DNA of 64,000 nt from an uncultured Oscillospiraceae bacterium (GTDB lineage Bacteria; Bacillota; Clostridia; UMGS1883). Positions 53,949 through 64,000 of the stretch are shown here, in pieces (position 1 is the stretch's first letter; each line of letters begins with the position of its first letter). The notes beneath the pieces were generated by a model that saw only the letters and a program-made list of their open reading frames with translations, made no database searches and was not told the DNA's origin. The DNA lies in assembly GCA_964551215.1 (NCBI GenBank), contig CAZKBV010000001.1, positions 5,412 to 69,411 on the forward strand, written 5' to 3'. The position numbers and the translations under genes are program-made.

Positions 53949-55181
53949 TTATTTATCGGAATTAAGCTCCCGTATAAGGATTTCCTCGCCGCCAACGGCG
54001 CAGAACGCGTCGTAGCCCTGTTCCTCCAGACGGTTTAAAAGCTTGTTCAGCTTTTTTGGCCTCTCAAACAGCGCCGCGTCATATTCTTCGCGCACCCTTT
54101 CGGCATAGGTATACGCAAGGGTAAAATCCTCCTTATTGTAAACAACAGCCAGCCGCTTTTTGCCTATGGCGGCGTTTACGCCCTTTTCCTCAAGAATACC
54201 GGCAATACGCTCGAAGCCTATGGAAAAGCCCACGGCGGGAACGTCCTCGCCGATAAACTTGCCTATAAGATTATCGTATCTTCCGCCTCCGGCGATTGCT
54301 CCCCTGAATTCGCCGCTGACAACCTCAAACACGGTTCCCGTATAATAGCCCTGACCGCGCACAAGACTCATCTCGTACTCTATCGGCAGGGACGGGTCGG
54401 CCTTTTTCAGCTCATCCATTATAAATTTAATGTCCTCCGCCGCTTCGCAGGGGGCTATTTCCTTTATTTTGTCCAAGTCCGTCCCTTCATCTACGGCGGA
54501 GCAAAGCCGCTTTACCGCCTCACGGGGGAAGCCCTTTTCAAGCATTTCGGCGGATATTCCCTCAACGCCTATCTTGTCCAGCTTATCGAAAACAATGCAG
54601 ACGCTGTCGAGAGTGTCTTCGGCAAAGCCCATATTTGTGAGAAGCCGGTGAAGGAGCCGGCGGTCGTTTATTTTTACGGTGAAATTATCTAAGCCCACAG
54701 CCCTTAAAGCCTTGGCCGTAGTGAGAATAAGCTCCAGCTCGGCGGTTCGGCTTTCGGTTCCGATAATATCAATGTCGCACTGGACAAATTCTCTCAGGCG
54801 TCCCTTCTGGGGACGTTCGGCACGGTAAACCCTGTCTGTCTGAATGACCTTAAAGGGAGTCATGAGCTTTGCCCGATTGTTGGCATAATAGCGGGAAAGG
54901 GGAAGCGTCAGGTCGTATCTGAGCCCCATGTCGCAGAGACTGCCTCCCTCCGCCATAGCCTTATCCAGCTTTTCGCCCCGCTTCATAATTTTGAATATCA
55001 GAGCCAGATTTTCTCCGCCGTCGCTTTTATCCAGATTTTCAATATCCTCGATAATAGGCGTGGTTATACGCTCAAAGCCGGCGGCGCGGTAAACCTCCAG
55101 TATTTTATTTTGCAGGTAATCCCTTATTCTGACCCGGGAAGGGAGATAGTCGTTAGTACCCTTTACCGGCGTAGTTTTCAT
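53949..55181 (-). CDS. hisS: Histidyl-tRNA synthetase family protein
   Basis: Class II aaRS motifs (GTNDYLP, FEVVSGEF...AIAGGGRYDNL) and a C-terminal anticodon-binding-like domain. AGGAAAGGAAG RBS. Overlaps the patatin gene stop by 29 nt. Confidence 0.65.
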   Translation of the reverse strand: MKTTPVKGTNDYLPSRVRIRDYLQNKILEVYRAAGFERITTPIIEDIENLDKSDGGENLALIFKIMKRGEKLDKAMAEGGSLCDMGLRYDLTLPLSRYYANNRAKLMTPFKVIQTDRVYRAERPQKGRLREFVQCDIDIIGTESRTAELELILTTAKALRAVGLDNFTVKINDRRLLHRLLTNMGFAEDTLDSVCIVFDKLDKIGVEGISAEMLEKGFPREAVKRLCSAVDEGTDLDKIKEIAPCEAAEDIKFIMDELKKADPSLPIEYEMSLVRGQGYYTGTVFEVVSGEFRGAIAGGGRYDNLIGKFIGEDVPAVGFSIGFERIAGILEEKGVNAAIGKKRLAVVYNKEDFTLAYTYAERVREEYDAALFERPKKLNKLLNRLEEQGYDAFCAVGGEEILIRELNSDK

Positions 55182-56046
55182 TTTTTTCTTCCTTTCCTAA
55201 GTATTGAGCCAGCCTTTCACCGCTTTCCTCCGCCGCAGCGTAGCCCTTTTCGTAAAGAGCTTCAAGCTTGGCTCTGTCCCGCTCAAGGCGGCCTATATTT
55301 ATAGAGCCCTTCGGGGGACGTATTACAAAAACATTTCCCTTGGACTCCTGCTCCTCGGTAAACCTTACGGCGTCGTTATACATAATATGGCGTGTTTTGA
55401 TTGCTTCGCTCAGCTTTTTATGCCTCGGATGAAACGCTCTCGTAAAATAATACGCCTTTGACGGAGCCTTTACATAACCCTCATCTCTTGTGAGAACGGC
55501 TACGATTTTTTTATTGCCGTCGGCAAGAGCCTTTTTCACGGGGATGGAATCCGCCATTCCGCCGTCCAGATATTCCCTGCCGTCTATTTCCACCATACGG
55601 CTGAAAACGGGAAGGGACGCCGAAGCCCTAACCGTATCCACCTGAGTCCTTAAATCCTTCACCTGAATATACTCCGCCTTTCCCGTGCGGCAGTCGGTCA
55701 GCACGGCGAAAAACCTGCCCTTGTAATTTTCGAATGTCTCATAGTCAAAGGGGTAAAGCTCGTCGGGGATTTTATGATACACAAATTCCGCCGGAAAAAG
55801 GTCGCCGGTAAGTATGAGGTGCTTCACGCCCATATATCTGGGGTCGTTTATGTAATCCGCCACAACGCTGAACGCCCGTCCCCGCTGGCAGGATATGTAG
55901 CTGCACGCGTGACACGCCCCAATGGACACGCCGTATATATTGTCGAACATTATTCCCTTGTCCAGGAACCAATCTAAAACTCCGGCGGTAAAGGCTCCTC
56001 TCATTCCTCCGCCCTCCAGGACAAGGGCTCCTTTTGTCAGTTCCAT
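55153..56046 (-). CDS. Patatin-like phospholipase
   Basis: Oxyanion hole LEGGGMRGAF and nucleophile elbow GVSIGA. Asp of the catalytic dyad in a DGG context. Confidence 0.75.
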   Translation of the reverse strand: MELTKGALVLEGGGMRGAFTAGVLDWFLDKGIMFDNIYGVSIGACHACSYISCQRGRAFSVVADYINDPRYMGVKHLILTGDLFPAEFVYHKIPDELYPFDYETFENYKGRFFAVLTDCRTGKAEYIQVKDLRTQVDTVRASASLPVFSRMVEIDGREYLDGGMADSIPVKKALADGNKKIVAVLTRDEGYVKAPSKAYYFTRAFHPRHKKLSEAIKTRHIMYNDAVRFTEEQESKGNVFVIRPPKGSINIGRLERDRAKLEALYEKGYAAAEESGERLAQYLGKEEKNENYAGKGY

Positions 56047-56063
56047 AGTATGTTTCCCTTTCG

Positions 56064-56663
56064 CTATATTTCCCTTCTGCCCTCCATTGCGCGGGCCAAT
56101 GTCATTTCATCGGCAAACTCAATATCTCCGCCCACGGGTATCCCATGAGCTATACGTGTTATTTTAATACCCATAGGCTTTACAAGCCTCGCGATATACA
56201 TAGCCGTGGCCTCCCCCTCAACGGTGGGATTTGTCGCCATGATTACCTCCTGTATATCCGGCGTAAGCCTTTTAATAAGCTCTTTTATTTTTATATCCTC
56301 AACGCCCACGCCGTCCATAGGGGAAAGCGCCCCGTGCAGCACGTGGTAAAGTCCGTTGTATTCCCTTGTTTTTTCCATTGCCACAAGGTCTTTTGGGCTT
56401 TCCACCACGCATATGACGGTATTATCCCTTTTCGGGTCGGAGCATATGGCGCAGGGAGAGCTGTCGGTAAGATTCTGGCATTTTTCGCACAGCTTTACCG
56501 TAGCCTTGGCCGTAAGCACCGCCTGAGCCAGACGGGAGGCCTTTTCCTCGGAAATTCCCATAACGTAAAAGGCCAGCCGCACGGCGCTTTTATGGCCTAT
56601 TCCGGGCATTTTTTCAAATTCGTCAATTAACGCCGCCAGCGACGGCGGATACATGGAAGACAT
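56064..56663 (-). CDS. recR: Recombination protein RecR
   Basis: HhH motif [15 protein letters not shown]4 zinc finger [16 protein letters not shown], Toprim domain. Confidence 0.9.
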   Translation of the reverse strand: MSSMYPPSLAALIDEFEKMPGIGHKSAVRLAFYVMGISEEKASRLAQAVLTAKATVKLCEKCQNLTDSSPCAICSDPKRDNTVICVVESPKDLVAMEKTREYNGLYHVLHGALSPMDGVGVEDIKIKELIKRLTPDIQEVIMATNPTVEGEATAMYIARLVKPMGIKITRIAHGIPVGGDIEFADEMTLARAMEGRREI

Positions 56664-56684
56664 ATACAGCAGTTCTCCTTTTAC

Positions 56685-57035
56685 TTAAAACAATCCGGGA
56701 ATATTCATTCCGCCGGTGATGCTGCTCATGGATTTTGCCGCCGCTTCGTCGGCCTTGCGGAGAGCCTCGTTCATTGCGGTGACTATAAGATCCTGAAGCA
56801 TTTCAACGTCCTCCGGATCAACCGCCGCCGGGTCGAGAGTTACGGATATGACCTCTTTCTTTCCGTTGACCTTTACGCTTACGGCTCCGCCGCCGACGCT
56901 TGCTTCAAGCTCGTTTTCTTCAAGAGCCGCCTGAGCCTTTTCCATTTCCTCCTGCATTTTCTTTGCCTGGCGGAGCATATTGTTCATGTTTCCTCCACCC
57001 ATATTCATTCCTCTGGGGAATCCGCCTTTTGCCAT
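56685..57035 (-). CDS. ybaB: Nucleoid-associated protein YbaB/EbfC
   Basis: [24 protein letters not shown]... is a canonical YbaB. ATG at 57035 with an AAAGGA RBS. The ORF track's TTG start at 57044 is less likely. Confidence 0.85.
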   Translation of the reverse strand: MAKGGFPRGMNMGGGNMNNMLRQAKKMQEEMEKAQAALEENELEASVGGGAVSVKVNGKKEVISVTLDPAAVDPEDVEMLQDLIVTAMNEALRKADEAAAKSMSSITGGMNIPGLF

Positions 57036-57057
57036 ATTTATCAATCCTTTCGTAATA

Positions 57058-58653
57058 CTATTCTATTTCCGTAATGGGAAGGTTAAGCAATTCTTCCATC
57101 GGGTCTTGGGGAGCTTGCGTCGGCAGAGCCGAAAAATCGGAATCCGCCTTAACAACCACCGAACAGTCTACGCCCGTAACCCGCTTTATAAGCCGCTTCA
57201 GATAATCCGTCTCTCCGGAAAGCATATCCCTGTACTCCCTGAAGCCCTCGTCCGGAAAGCATATCGCCAGCTTCCCCCTGTAATCCCTCACGGAAGCGTT
57301 CTGCAAGGTGGTGAACAGAACTATTTTCGTGTCCGCCATAAGGGCTTCCATGATTTCCGGCCACTTGGCCTTTATTTTTTCAACAAACTCCGGCTGGGGA
57401 GTGAAAATTTCCTTTTCCGGCTCCGGCAAAGGCTCTTCCTCCCGCGTCGGCTTTTTTAAGGGAGACGCCGAAAAGGCCGACTTCCCCGTACCCGCAGAGA
57501 CAAATTCGCCGCCTTCAAGCCTTCTTTCAAGCTCCCCCACCCGCGCCAAAAGTGAATCGTAGGTTCCGTCGTTTCCTTTTATGCAGAGCTTTATTACCGA
57601 CGTTTCAAAAATTACGGAAGGGAAGGTGCTTTGCTTCGCGGAAAACACCGCTTCGGACAAAAGCTTTACCGCGTAAAGAAGCTTTTCCGCGCTTATTTCG
57701 GAGGAAATCTCCTTAAGTTGGAGAAGCTCCGCCGGAGAAAAGTCGCTTTTGCACGTGCCTACGGACTTTATTATAAGCATATCCCGAAGCGCCTTTATGA
57801 CCATTCCCATAAACGGCGCAAGAGCCCGTCCTCTGGAGACAACGGCGTCTATACAGCCTAATGCCGACTTAACATCCTCGCGGGCTATGCTCCGCACCAG
57901 AGCAACCGCGCTGCTTCCCTCGGCCTGCCCCAAAAATTCCCGCACAAATTCCGTGCTGATTTCCTTTCCGGCGGCGACGCAGGGGTCAAGGCAGGAAAGC
58001 GCGTCCCTGAGAGAGCCGTCGGCGCTGCGGGCGATGAGCCTCAAGGCTTCCTCCTGAGCTTCTATGCCCTCGGCTGTGCAGATGTAATCCAAACGGTTAT
58101 ATATATCCTCATCGGTTATGCGCTTGAAGTCAAACCTCTGACACCTTGAGCTTATGGTATCCATGACCTTGTGGGCCTCGGTAGTGGCAAGGACGAATTT
58201 TACGTGCTTGGGAGGCTCCTCCAAAAGCTTAAGCAAAGCGTTGAAGGCTCCCGGCGAAAGGGCGTGTACCTCGTCTATAATGTAAACCTTGTATTTGGTA
58301 ATTGCCGCGGTATAGCCGGCTTCCTCCCTGAGGGAACGGATATTGTCCACACCGCTGTTGCTGGCGGCGTCTATTTCCGTTATGTCCATAATGCTGCCGT
58401 CCAAGATTCCCCGACAGGTAGGGCATTTGTTGCACGGATTGCCGTTTTGGGGATTTTCGCAGTTTATGGCGCGGCTGAAAATTCTTGCGGTGGATGTTTT
58501 ACCCGTCCCGCGGGAGCCGCAAAAAAGAAAGGCATGACCCACGGAATTGTTTTTAACCTCGTTTTTAATTGTATCCGTCACGTGCTTCTGCCCCACAACA
58601 TCGTCAAAGACGAGTGGCCTCCACTTGCGGTAAAGAGCCTGATATTCCGCCAA
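57058..58653 (-). CDS. dnaX: DNA polymerase III subunit gamma/tau
   Basis: (M)[12 protein letters not shown]...[16 protein letters not shown]...zinc module CNKCPTC. Start probably the TTG at 58653 (GGGGGTG RBS 6 nt upstream). The ORF track extends to a TTG at 58695 without an RBS. Confidence 0.85.
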   Translation of the reverse strand: MAEYQALYRKWRPLVFDDVVGQKHVTDTIKNEVKNNSVGHAFLFCGSRGTGKTSTARIFSRAINCENPQNGNPCNKCPTCRGILDGSIMDITEIDAASNSGVDNIRSLREEAGYTAAITKYKVYIIDEVHALSPGAFNALLKLLEEPPKHVKFVLATTEAHKVMDTISSRCQRFDFKRITDEDIYNRLDYICTAEGIEAQEEALRLIARSADGSLRDALSCLDPCVAAGKEISTEFVREFLGQAEGSSAVALVRSIAREDVKSALGCIDAVVSRGRALAPFMGMVIKALRDMLIIKSVGTCKSDFSPAELLQLKEISSEISAEKLLYAVKLLSEAVFSAKQSTFPSVIFETSVIKLCIKGNDGTYDSLLARVGELERRLEGGEFVSAGTGKSAFSASPLKKPTREEEPLPEPEKEIFTPQPEFVEKIKAKWPEIMEALMADTKIVLFTTLQNASVRDYRGKLAICFPDEGFREYRDMLSGETDYLKRLIKRVTGVDCSVVVKADSDFSALPTQAPQDPMEELLNLPITEIE

Positions 58654-58804
58654 AACATTCACCCCCGAAACGCTGCCCGGCGATTTTTCCGCCAAGGTTA
58701 ATATATAAAAAAAATTTTATTAAAATGTCATACTGTAAACAATCCCCAAGAACAAGGGAAACCGTTCGGGTTGCCCCATTGAGCTGTTTTTATTAATATA
58801 AAAT

Positions 58805-59072
58805 GTCGTACACCCCAAAATCGACAACATTCCATGCACGGTTTGACAGCAGTTAGCTCGAACCAGGCTTCCCCGCGGCACATGAGAGTTACCGCTTATT
58901 GCTGCTCGGTTCCCCGCCTGACAAGGTTCACGGGTTCCCATTGCGCGGGACCCAATCGTCAACACCACTTACCGCCGCCTGCCACACAGAAATATTGCCT
59001 CAATTGGGGAGTTAGCCTCCGCTGTAGCGGATTGCGGATACAGGGCACCGCTGCCTCCCCGGTTAGTACGAC
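58805..59072 (-). ncRNA. ffs: Signal recognition particle RNA, long Bacillus-type scRNA with Alu domain
   Basis: The minus-strand transcript ACUAACCGGGGAGGCAGCGGUGCCCUGUAUCCGCAAUCCGCU closely matches the 5' domain of B. subtilis scRNA. Domain IV segment GUCAGGCGGGGAACCGAGCAGC. The 5' GUCGUAC and 3' GUACGAC pair to close the molecule. TTGCAA-17-TATAAT promoter on the minus strand (59079-59107). Conserved position upstream of dnaX. Confidence 0.85.
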
Positions 59073-59257
59073 ATAGTTATTATACTATAAAATCCTCTCT
59101 CTTGCAAGTATTTTTTTAAAAAATTTTTGATAAATTTTGTTGAAAGAGCGGCTGAAAAATGATATAATTAAAGATATATTAAAATCTTAGACTGCTGACA
59201 AGACCCAAACAAGGGGAAAGCTCGAAAGGGAACTTCCTTTCGAAAAGGAGGCCGCAA

Positions 59258-62200
59258 ATGATGGAGTTAGACATAATCTCCTGTCCGGACAGACGGGCGT
59301 TGGAAAATGAATTTACCGATTTAATGAAGGGGGCGGCGGCTTCCTCTCGGGGAGTTATTTCCATCGTACCCGACCAAAGCTCTTTTTCCGAAGAAGAAAA
59401 GCTGATTTCCATATTCAAGGTTACGGGGCTGGGCAATCCGGAAGTGCTCAGCTTTAAAAGGCTGTTTTTCCGTCTGAGGGAAAAATTTCCCGACCGCCGC
59501 CGCCGTCTCACCGCCGCCGCTCGGGAAATGGCGGTTATGTACGCCTTGGAAAGCATCAAGGAGGAGGACTTTCGGCTGTTCAGGGGAGTAATCAAAAAAA
59601 GCCGTCTTTCCTCCACGGTAAGCGGCATTATAACCGGCTTCAAGCGCTACGGCGTGGACGAAGCCGCGTTGAAAAATGCCGAGGAGGCTTTGCCGGCCTC
59701 CCCTCTGAAAAATAAAATACACGATTGCCGTCTGGCCTTGGAAAGCTACAACTCCCTTATGAAAAGCAGCGGTCTTTCCGACGCGGACGACGATATGACG
59801 GAGCTTTTGTATATGCTGAATCTAAAGGAATGTGACTATTTCGACGGCAAAACCGTATTTATCCGCCACTTTTCCGACTTGAACAAGCTCCAGCGGCAAT
59901 GCGTAGGGCAGATATGCGTCCGCGCCAAAAGGGTTTATGTGGGAGTTGTGTGGGAGGACAAGGCGGAATTTGCCACAACCGGCGCTCTTATTTCGGGGCT
60001 TCGGCGCACTGCCGAGGAAATGGGGATACCCTTCAGCCATCGGGCAATACAGGGCTTCACGGATTCCCGTCCCAAGCCTTTGGCTTATGCCGTACGTAAT
60101 TTTTACGATTCCTCGGCTCTCCCCTTTAAGGAATCCCCGAGGAACAGTCTGTACCTTCATATTTCCGCGTCGCCTTACACCGAAATACAGCACATTGCCG
60201 CCACAATCGCCCGCCTTGTCAGTCGCGGCGAACGCTACCGCAACATCACCGTAGCCGCGAGAAACGCCCAAGACTACGCCGGATATGTAAAACGCATTTT
60301 TCCCATATACGGAATCCCTGTTTTCTTTGACGGGAAGCGTCCCCTTTCGCTGCACAGCGCGTCAAGACTGCTGATATCCGCAATGGAGCTGGCCGTATAC
60401 GGCTTCAGCCACGAAAATGTTTTCAGCTTTGCGAAAAATCCCTTCGCCCCTCACGGAGGAAACTGCGGAGCGCTGGAGGATTACTGCCTTGAAGCCGGAG
60501 TGCGTTCATGGAACTGGAGCGAGGACTTCACCTTTATTCGGGGAGCTTACAGCCCAAAGGAATACGGCCACGAAAAGGGCGCGGAGGAGCTTGAGGAAAT
60601 AAACTCCCGCCGCAGGGAGCTTTACGAGCTTATCGCCCCATTGGCCGAAGGTTTAAAAAAGCCCCGCACCGGAGCGGAATATGCCCGTATGCTGTACGAT
60701 TTCATATCTTCGGCGCAGCTTCCCGAAAAAATCGAAGCCGCCGCCCGCCGTCAGGAGGAAAACGGCGACGACAGAGGTGCCGGAGAAACCCGTCAGGTAT
60801 ACAATCTGCTGATGGATATACTTGAGGATATATACACTGACTTCGGAGAATCCGCCCTCAGCGGGGAGGAATTTCTGGAAGCCTTTAAAACGGCCTGCTC
60901 CGCTGTGCAGATAGGAGTCGTGCCTGCCGCCGCCGACAGCGTTATATTCGGCGACATCGAAAGAATGAAGGGCAGCGAGGACAAGATAGTGTTTCTGCCC
61001 GGCCTGAACGAGGATATTTTTCCCCGCGCCTTCCAAAACGACTCGGTGTTCACCGAATACGAAGCGGAAATACTTGCGGAGAAATACGCCATAGAGCTGC
61101 CTCCAATGGGGGGAGAAAAAGCCGAAAACGAAAGGCTGCTTGTCTACGAAGCCCTTTCCTCGCCGAAGGAAGCCCTTTACATGAGCTGCCCCATAGGGAA
61201 GGCCGACGGCTCGAATCTGCGCCCAAGCTCAATAGTCCGCCGAATGAGGGAGCTTTTCCCGCTTATGCGCGAGACCGAGGATGTAAATTCCCGGGGCGGG
61301 GAGTATCTCTGCGCCTCCATGCCGGCGGCATATCTGGAGCTGGGAACGGCGGTCAGCCGAGGCGAAGGGGGCAAATTCTGGAGCATGATAAAATCCCTGC
61401 TTAACAGCAACGAAGAATATGCCCGTAAGCTGGAGCTTCTGGACAACAGTCGGGGCTACAGGGCTGAAAAAACCGAAAAGCTGGACGAGGAGCTTTTAAG
61501 AAAGGCTCTGGGGGACGAGCTGGCGCTCAGTCCTTCCAAGCTGGAAAGCTTCGCCTCCTGCCCGTTTTCATTCTTCCTTCAAAACGTGCTTAAGCTCCGT
61601 GACACGGAGGCCATGAGCATAAACCCCGCCGACAGCGGCAGTCTTATGCACAATATCATTGACGGCTTCTGCGCTTTGGCGTCGGCGGAGCCGGAAGGAA
61701 TGAAGGGTATTTCCCAAGCGCGCAAAAACGAGCTGTTCAAAAGAGTGTGCGCCGAGGTGCGGGGCGGAATAAATCTTCAGGTAATGAACAATCCGAGGTT
61801 TTCCTCCGCTGTGGAAAGAATAGAGCGCATGGCGGAAAAGTGCGTTGACGAAATCCTTACCCAGCTTCAGGACGAGCTGTTTGTCCCCACGGGAAGCGAG
61901 GTCATAATAGGCGAAGGGGGGCGGCTTCCGGCGTCGGAAATAGTTCTCCCTGACGGGAAAAAAGCCCGTTTCAGCGGCCGCATCGACAGAGCCGACGTAA
62001 GAACGGGAGTAAAAATAACCGAGAACGGTCAGGAAAAACTTGTTGACCTTGTGCGCATAACTGACTACAAAAGTAGCGGCAAAAAAATCGACTTCAACAA
62101 GGTTCTGCACGGGCTTCAGCTTCAGCTTTTCGCTTATATGGACAGCTACGTTAAAGCCGAAAAGGACGCCCGTCCGGCGGCGGTTTTGTATTTTAACCTC

Positions 62201-62569
62201 ACCGAAACGCCCACGCCTGCGGAAATCGGAAGCGACGAGTCCGAAAAAAAGGACAGGCTCAGCGGCGTTATGGTAAGCGGCAGAATGGCGGAGAAAAAAG
62301 GCGTGGCGGAAATCCAAGCCGACGAAATGGACGCCGTATTGAAATATGTCCGCCGCTATGTGGCAAAGACCGCCGAAAAAATATACTCCGGTGAAATGCC
62401 GGTGTCTCCGGCTGAAACCGACTCCGTGCTTCAATGCGGCTACTGCCCGTACGCAAGGGTGTGCAAGGCCGGAGAAATATCGCCGGATTGCGTAAGATAT
62501 ATTGCGGCGGACAAGGATAACGCCGCTTTGGAAGAAATAAAAAAGGAGGCGGCAAAGGATGAAGCTTAA
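59258..62569 (+). CDS. addB: ATP-dependent helicase/nuclease subunit B
   Basis: 1103 aa, degenerate N-terminal helicase-like domain, C-terminal RecB-family nuclease with Fe-S cluster cysteines (CPFSFF...CGYCPYARVC). GGAGG RBS. Confidence 0.85.
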   Translation: MMELDIISCPDRRALENEFTDLMKGAAASSRGVISIVPDQSSFSEEEKLISIFKVTGLGNPEVLSFKRLFFRLREKFPDRRRRLTAAAREMAVMYALESIKEEDFRLFRGVIKKSRLSSTVSGIITGFKRYGVDEAALKNAEEALPASPLKNKIHDCRLALESYNSLMKSSGLSDADDDMTELLYMLNLKECDYFDGKTVFIRHFSDLNKLQRQCVGQICVRAKRVYVGVVWEDKAEFATTGALISGLRRTAEEMGIPFSHRAIQGFTDSRPKPLAYAVRNFYDSSALPFKESPRNSLYLHISASPYTEIQHIAATIARLVSRGERYRNITVAARNAQDYAGYVKRIFPIYGIPVFFDGKRPLSLHSASRLLISAMELAVYGFSHENVFSFAKNPFAPHGGNCGALEDYCLEAGVRSWNWSEDFTFIRGAYSPKEYGHEKGAEELEEINSRRRELYELIAPLAEGLKKPRTGAEYARMLYDFISSAQLPEKIEAAARRQEENGDDRGAGETRQVYNLLMDILEDIYTDFGESALSGEEFLEAFKTACSAVQIGVVPAAADSVIFGDIERMKGSEDKIVFLPGLNEDIFPRAFQNDSVFTEYEAEILAEKYAIELPPMGGEKAENERLLVYEALSSPKEALYMSCPIGKADGSNLRPSSIVRRMRELFPLMRETEDVNSRGGEYLCASMPAAYLELGTAVSRGEGGKFWSMIKSLLNSNEEYARKLELLDNSRGYRAEKTEKLDEELLRKALGDELALSPSKLESFASCPFSFFLQNVLKLRDTEAMSINPADSGSLMHNIIDGFCALASAEPEGMKGISQARKNELFKRVCAEVRGGINLQVMNNPRFSSAVERIERMAEKCVDEILTQLQDELFVPTGSEVIIGEGGRLPASEIVLPDGKKARFSGRIDRADVRTGVKITENGQEKLVDLVRITDYKSSGKKIDFNKVLHGLQLQLFAYMDSYVKAEKDARPAAVLYFNLTETPTPAEIGSDESEKKDRLSGVMVSGRMAEKKGVAEIQADEMDAVLKYVRRYVAKTAEKIYSGEMPVSPAETDSVLQCGYCPYARVCKAGEISPDCVRYIAADKDNAALEEIKKEAAKDEA

Positions 62570-64000
62570 CGAATTTCAGCAGGCGGCGGTGTCCGAGCCG
62601 CCCAAGAACATAACCGTCAGCGCGGCGGCCGGAAGCGGTAAGACCCAAGTTCTGGGGGCAAGGGTCCTGGAAAGAATATCCGGCCCGAATCCCGTCCCCG
62701 TAAACCGTCTGCTTATTGTCACCTTCACCCGTGCCGCCGCGGCGGAAATGCGGGAAAGAATAAGCCGCTCCGTAACGGAGGCTCTTAAAAACGAAACCTC
62801 CCCTCAAAAGAAAAGCAATCTGAGAAAGCAGCTTTCCCTTCTGGGAGGCGCCGACATATGCACTATAGATTCCTTTTGCAGTCGGGTGCTGCGCCAGTAT
62901 TTTTACCGTATTCCCGGCCTCAGCGGAGATTTTTCCTTAGGGGATGAAGGGGCGGTAAAGCTCATCACCGCCCAATGCTTTAACGACATAACCGAAATGT
63001 TCTCCGCCGCGGCCGACAAGCTCAAAGGCAAAGCCCTTATCCCCCATTACGAAAAGGAAGCCGAGCGTTTCCTTGAGCTTTATCCCGAAAAGGAAACCGC
63101 CGAAAAAATCGCCGAAGGCTTCCGGCTTCTCGCCATGAACTACGGCTCGCCGAAAAAAGTCGGGGATTTTTCCGACGACAGCGGCAAAGGCTCCGACTAC
63201 GGAAGCTTTGTTTTCAAGCTGAAGGACATGGCTCTCTCCATGCCGGATCCGAATAAATGGCTGGATATGTGCATAGAGGATTACGACCCGAATGTTCCCT
63301 CGGAAAAAAGCAGAGTAAACGCCTACTCCGGCTTGGCGGCGGCAAAAATTATGGACGACGTTAGCTATATGCTGGAGGAGGAGCTTCGAACCGGCGGACT
63401 CAACGAAAAAAATTCCGCCGTATTCACCCTTGGCGTTGAAAGCGTGCGAAGCTTGAAAAAACCCGAAAGCTACGGGGAAGCCGCCGAGGTCTTTGCCCTC
63501 AGGCCCCTTGCCGGACTGAGAATACAATCCAAGGACACCTCCAAGGCAAAGGGTAACCCCCACGGAGCAGAGGTCATGAAAAACGCCCGTAAGCTCTGGA
63601 GCGAAGCCGAAAAAATATTCTGCGGCAAAAAAGAGGATTTCGACCTTTTCCGACGGGAGATATATCCGGCGGTGCTGGCTCTGTGCGAGCTTGCGCGCTG
63701 TCTTATACGGGCGGAAAGAGAGGAATTTATACGGGCGAAGAAGCTCAGCTTTTCCGCCTGTGTCAGCTTGGCGCTTGAGCTGCTTGTAAACAAAGACGGC
63801 TCCCCTTCGGAAACCGCAATGGAACTGAGGGAGCTTTACGACGAAATTTACGTGGACGAAGCTCAGGACATCGACCCCCGCCAGCAAGCAATATTTGACG
63901 CCATATCCAAGGGGAACCTGTTTATGGTGGGAGACGTCAAGCAGAGCATATACGGCTTTCGCCACGCGGAGCCGGAAATTTTCAACAAAAGATGCTTCAC
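62559..64000 (+). CDS. addA: ATP-dependent helicase/nuclease subunit A, N-terminal part (runs off the window)
   Basis: MKLNEFQQAAVSEPPKNITVSAAAGSGKTQVL is a UvrD/Rep helicase motif I. Overlaps the addB stop by 11 nt. No stop before the window end, so absent from the ORF track. Confidence 0.85.
   Translation, partial: MKLNEFQQAAVSEPPKNITVSAAAGSGKTQVLGARVLERISGPNPVPVNRLLIVTFTRAAAAEMRERISRSVTEALKNETSPQKKSNLRKQLSLLGGADICTIDSFCSRVLRQYFYRIPGLSGDFSLGDEGAVKLITAQCFNDITEMFSAAADKLKGKALIPHYEKEAERFLELYPEKETAEKIAEGFRLLAMNYGSPKKVGDFSDDSGKGSDYGSFVFKLKDMALSMPDPNKWLDMCIEDYDPNVPSEKSRVNAYSGLAAAKIMDDVSYMLEEELRTGGLNEKNSAVFTLGVESVRSLKKPESYGEAAEVFALRPLAGLRIQSKDTSKAKGNPHGAEVMKNARKLWSEAEKIFCGKKEDFDLFRREIYPAVLALCELARCLIRAEREEFIRAKKLSFSACVSLALELLVNKDGSPSETAMELRELYDEIYVDEAQDIDPRQQAIFDAISKGNLFMVGDVKQSIYGFRHAEPEIFNKRCF

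Noticed and set aside
61568-63965. 288-aa and 342-aa minus-strand ORFs
   Set aside because: Antisense to addB and addA.
1-64000. CRISPR arrays, transposases, integrases, prophage genes, tRNA genes
   Set aside because: No regularly spaced direct repeats. No ORF with transposase, integrase or phage-structural signatures. No cloverleaf-like tRNA candidates found by eye. The only structured RNA gene recognised is SRP RNA.

Overview
This window looks like a chromosomal segment of a spore-forming, Gram-positive anaerobe of the class Clostridia, with GC content in the low-to-mid 50s. Supporting the classification are sporulation genes (yabP-yabQ-divIC-yabR), the ffs-dnaX-ybaB-recR and aroQ-peptidase-efp syntenies, a dockerin domain and SLH domains. 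It is densely coding, mostly housekeeping genes: typA (partial), hflX, yigZ, aroQ, an M24 peptidase, efp, ogt, adhE, a C-terminal processing protease, murI, gpmI-tpiA-pgk, gatB-gatA, aspS, a monofunctional transglycosylase, P5C dehydrogenase, a split archaeal-type glutamate synthase cluster, an ammonium transporter, hisS, a patatin-like lipase, recR, ybaB, dnaX, SRP RNA, and addB/addA (partial). Several loci stand out. (1) An hfsABCD-like H2-sensing regulatory module: a small 2Fe-2S protein, a PAS-containing HydS-type [FeFe]-hydrogenase, a PP2C phosphatase and a second H-cluster hydrogenase. It sits next to a kinase-like phosphotransferase and adhE, followed by a two-component system. (2) aspS is fused in frame to gatC, directly upstream of gatA-gatB. 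(3) An Amt-PII fusion sits divergent from the glutamate synthase cluster; both promoters are immediately followed by hairpin plus U-tract structures. (4) An ECF sigma factor with a DUF4367 anti-sigma partner heads a co-directional run of secreted SLH, WG-repeat and small beta-rich proteins. (5) A dockerin/Big_2/GH73 peptidoglycan hydrolase. I saw no CRISPR array, transposase, integrase or tRNA gene. Coordinates of starts are my best reading of RBS and start-codon context and may be off by a codon or two.
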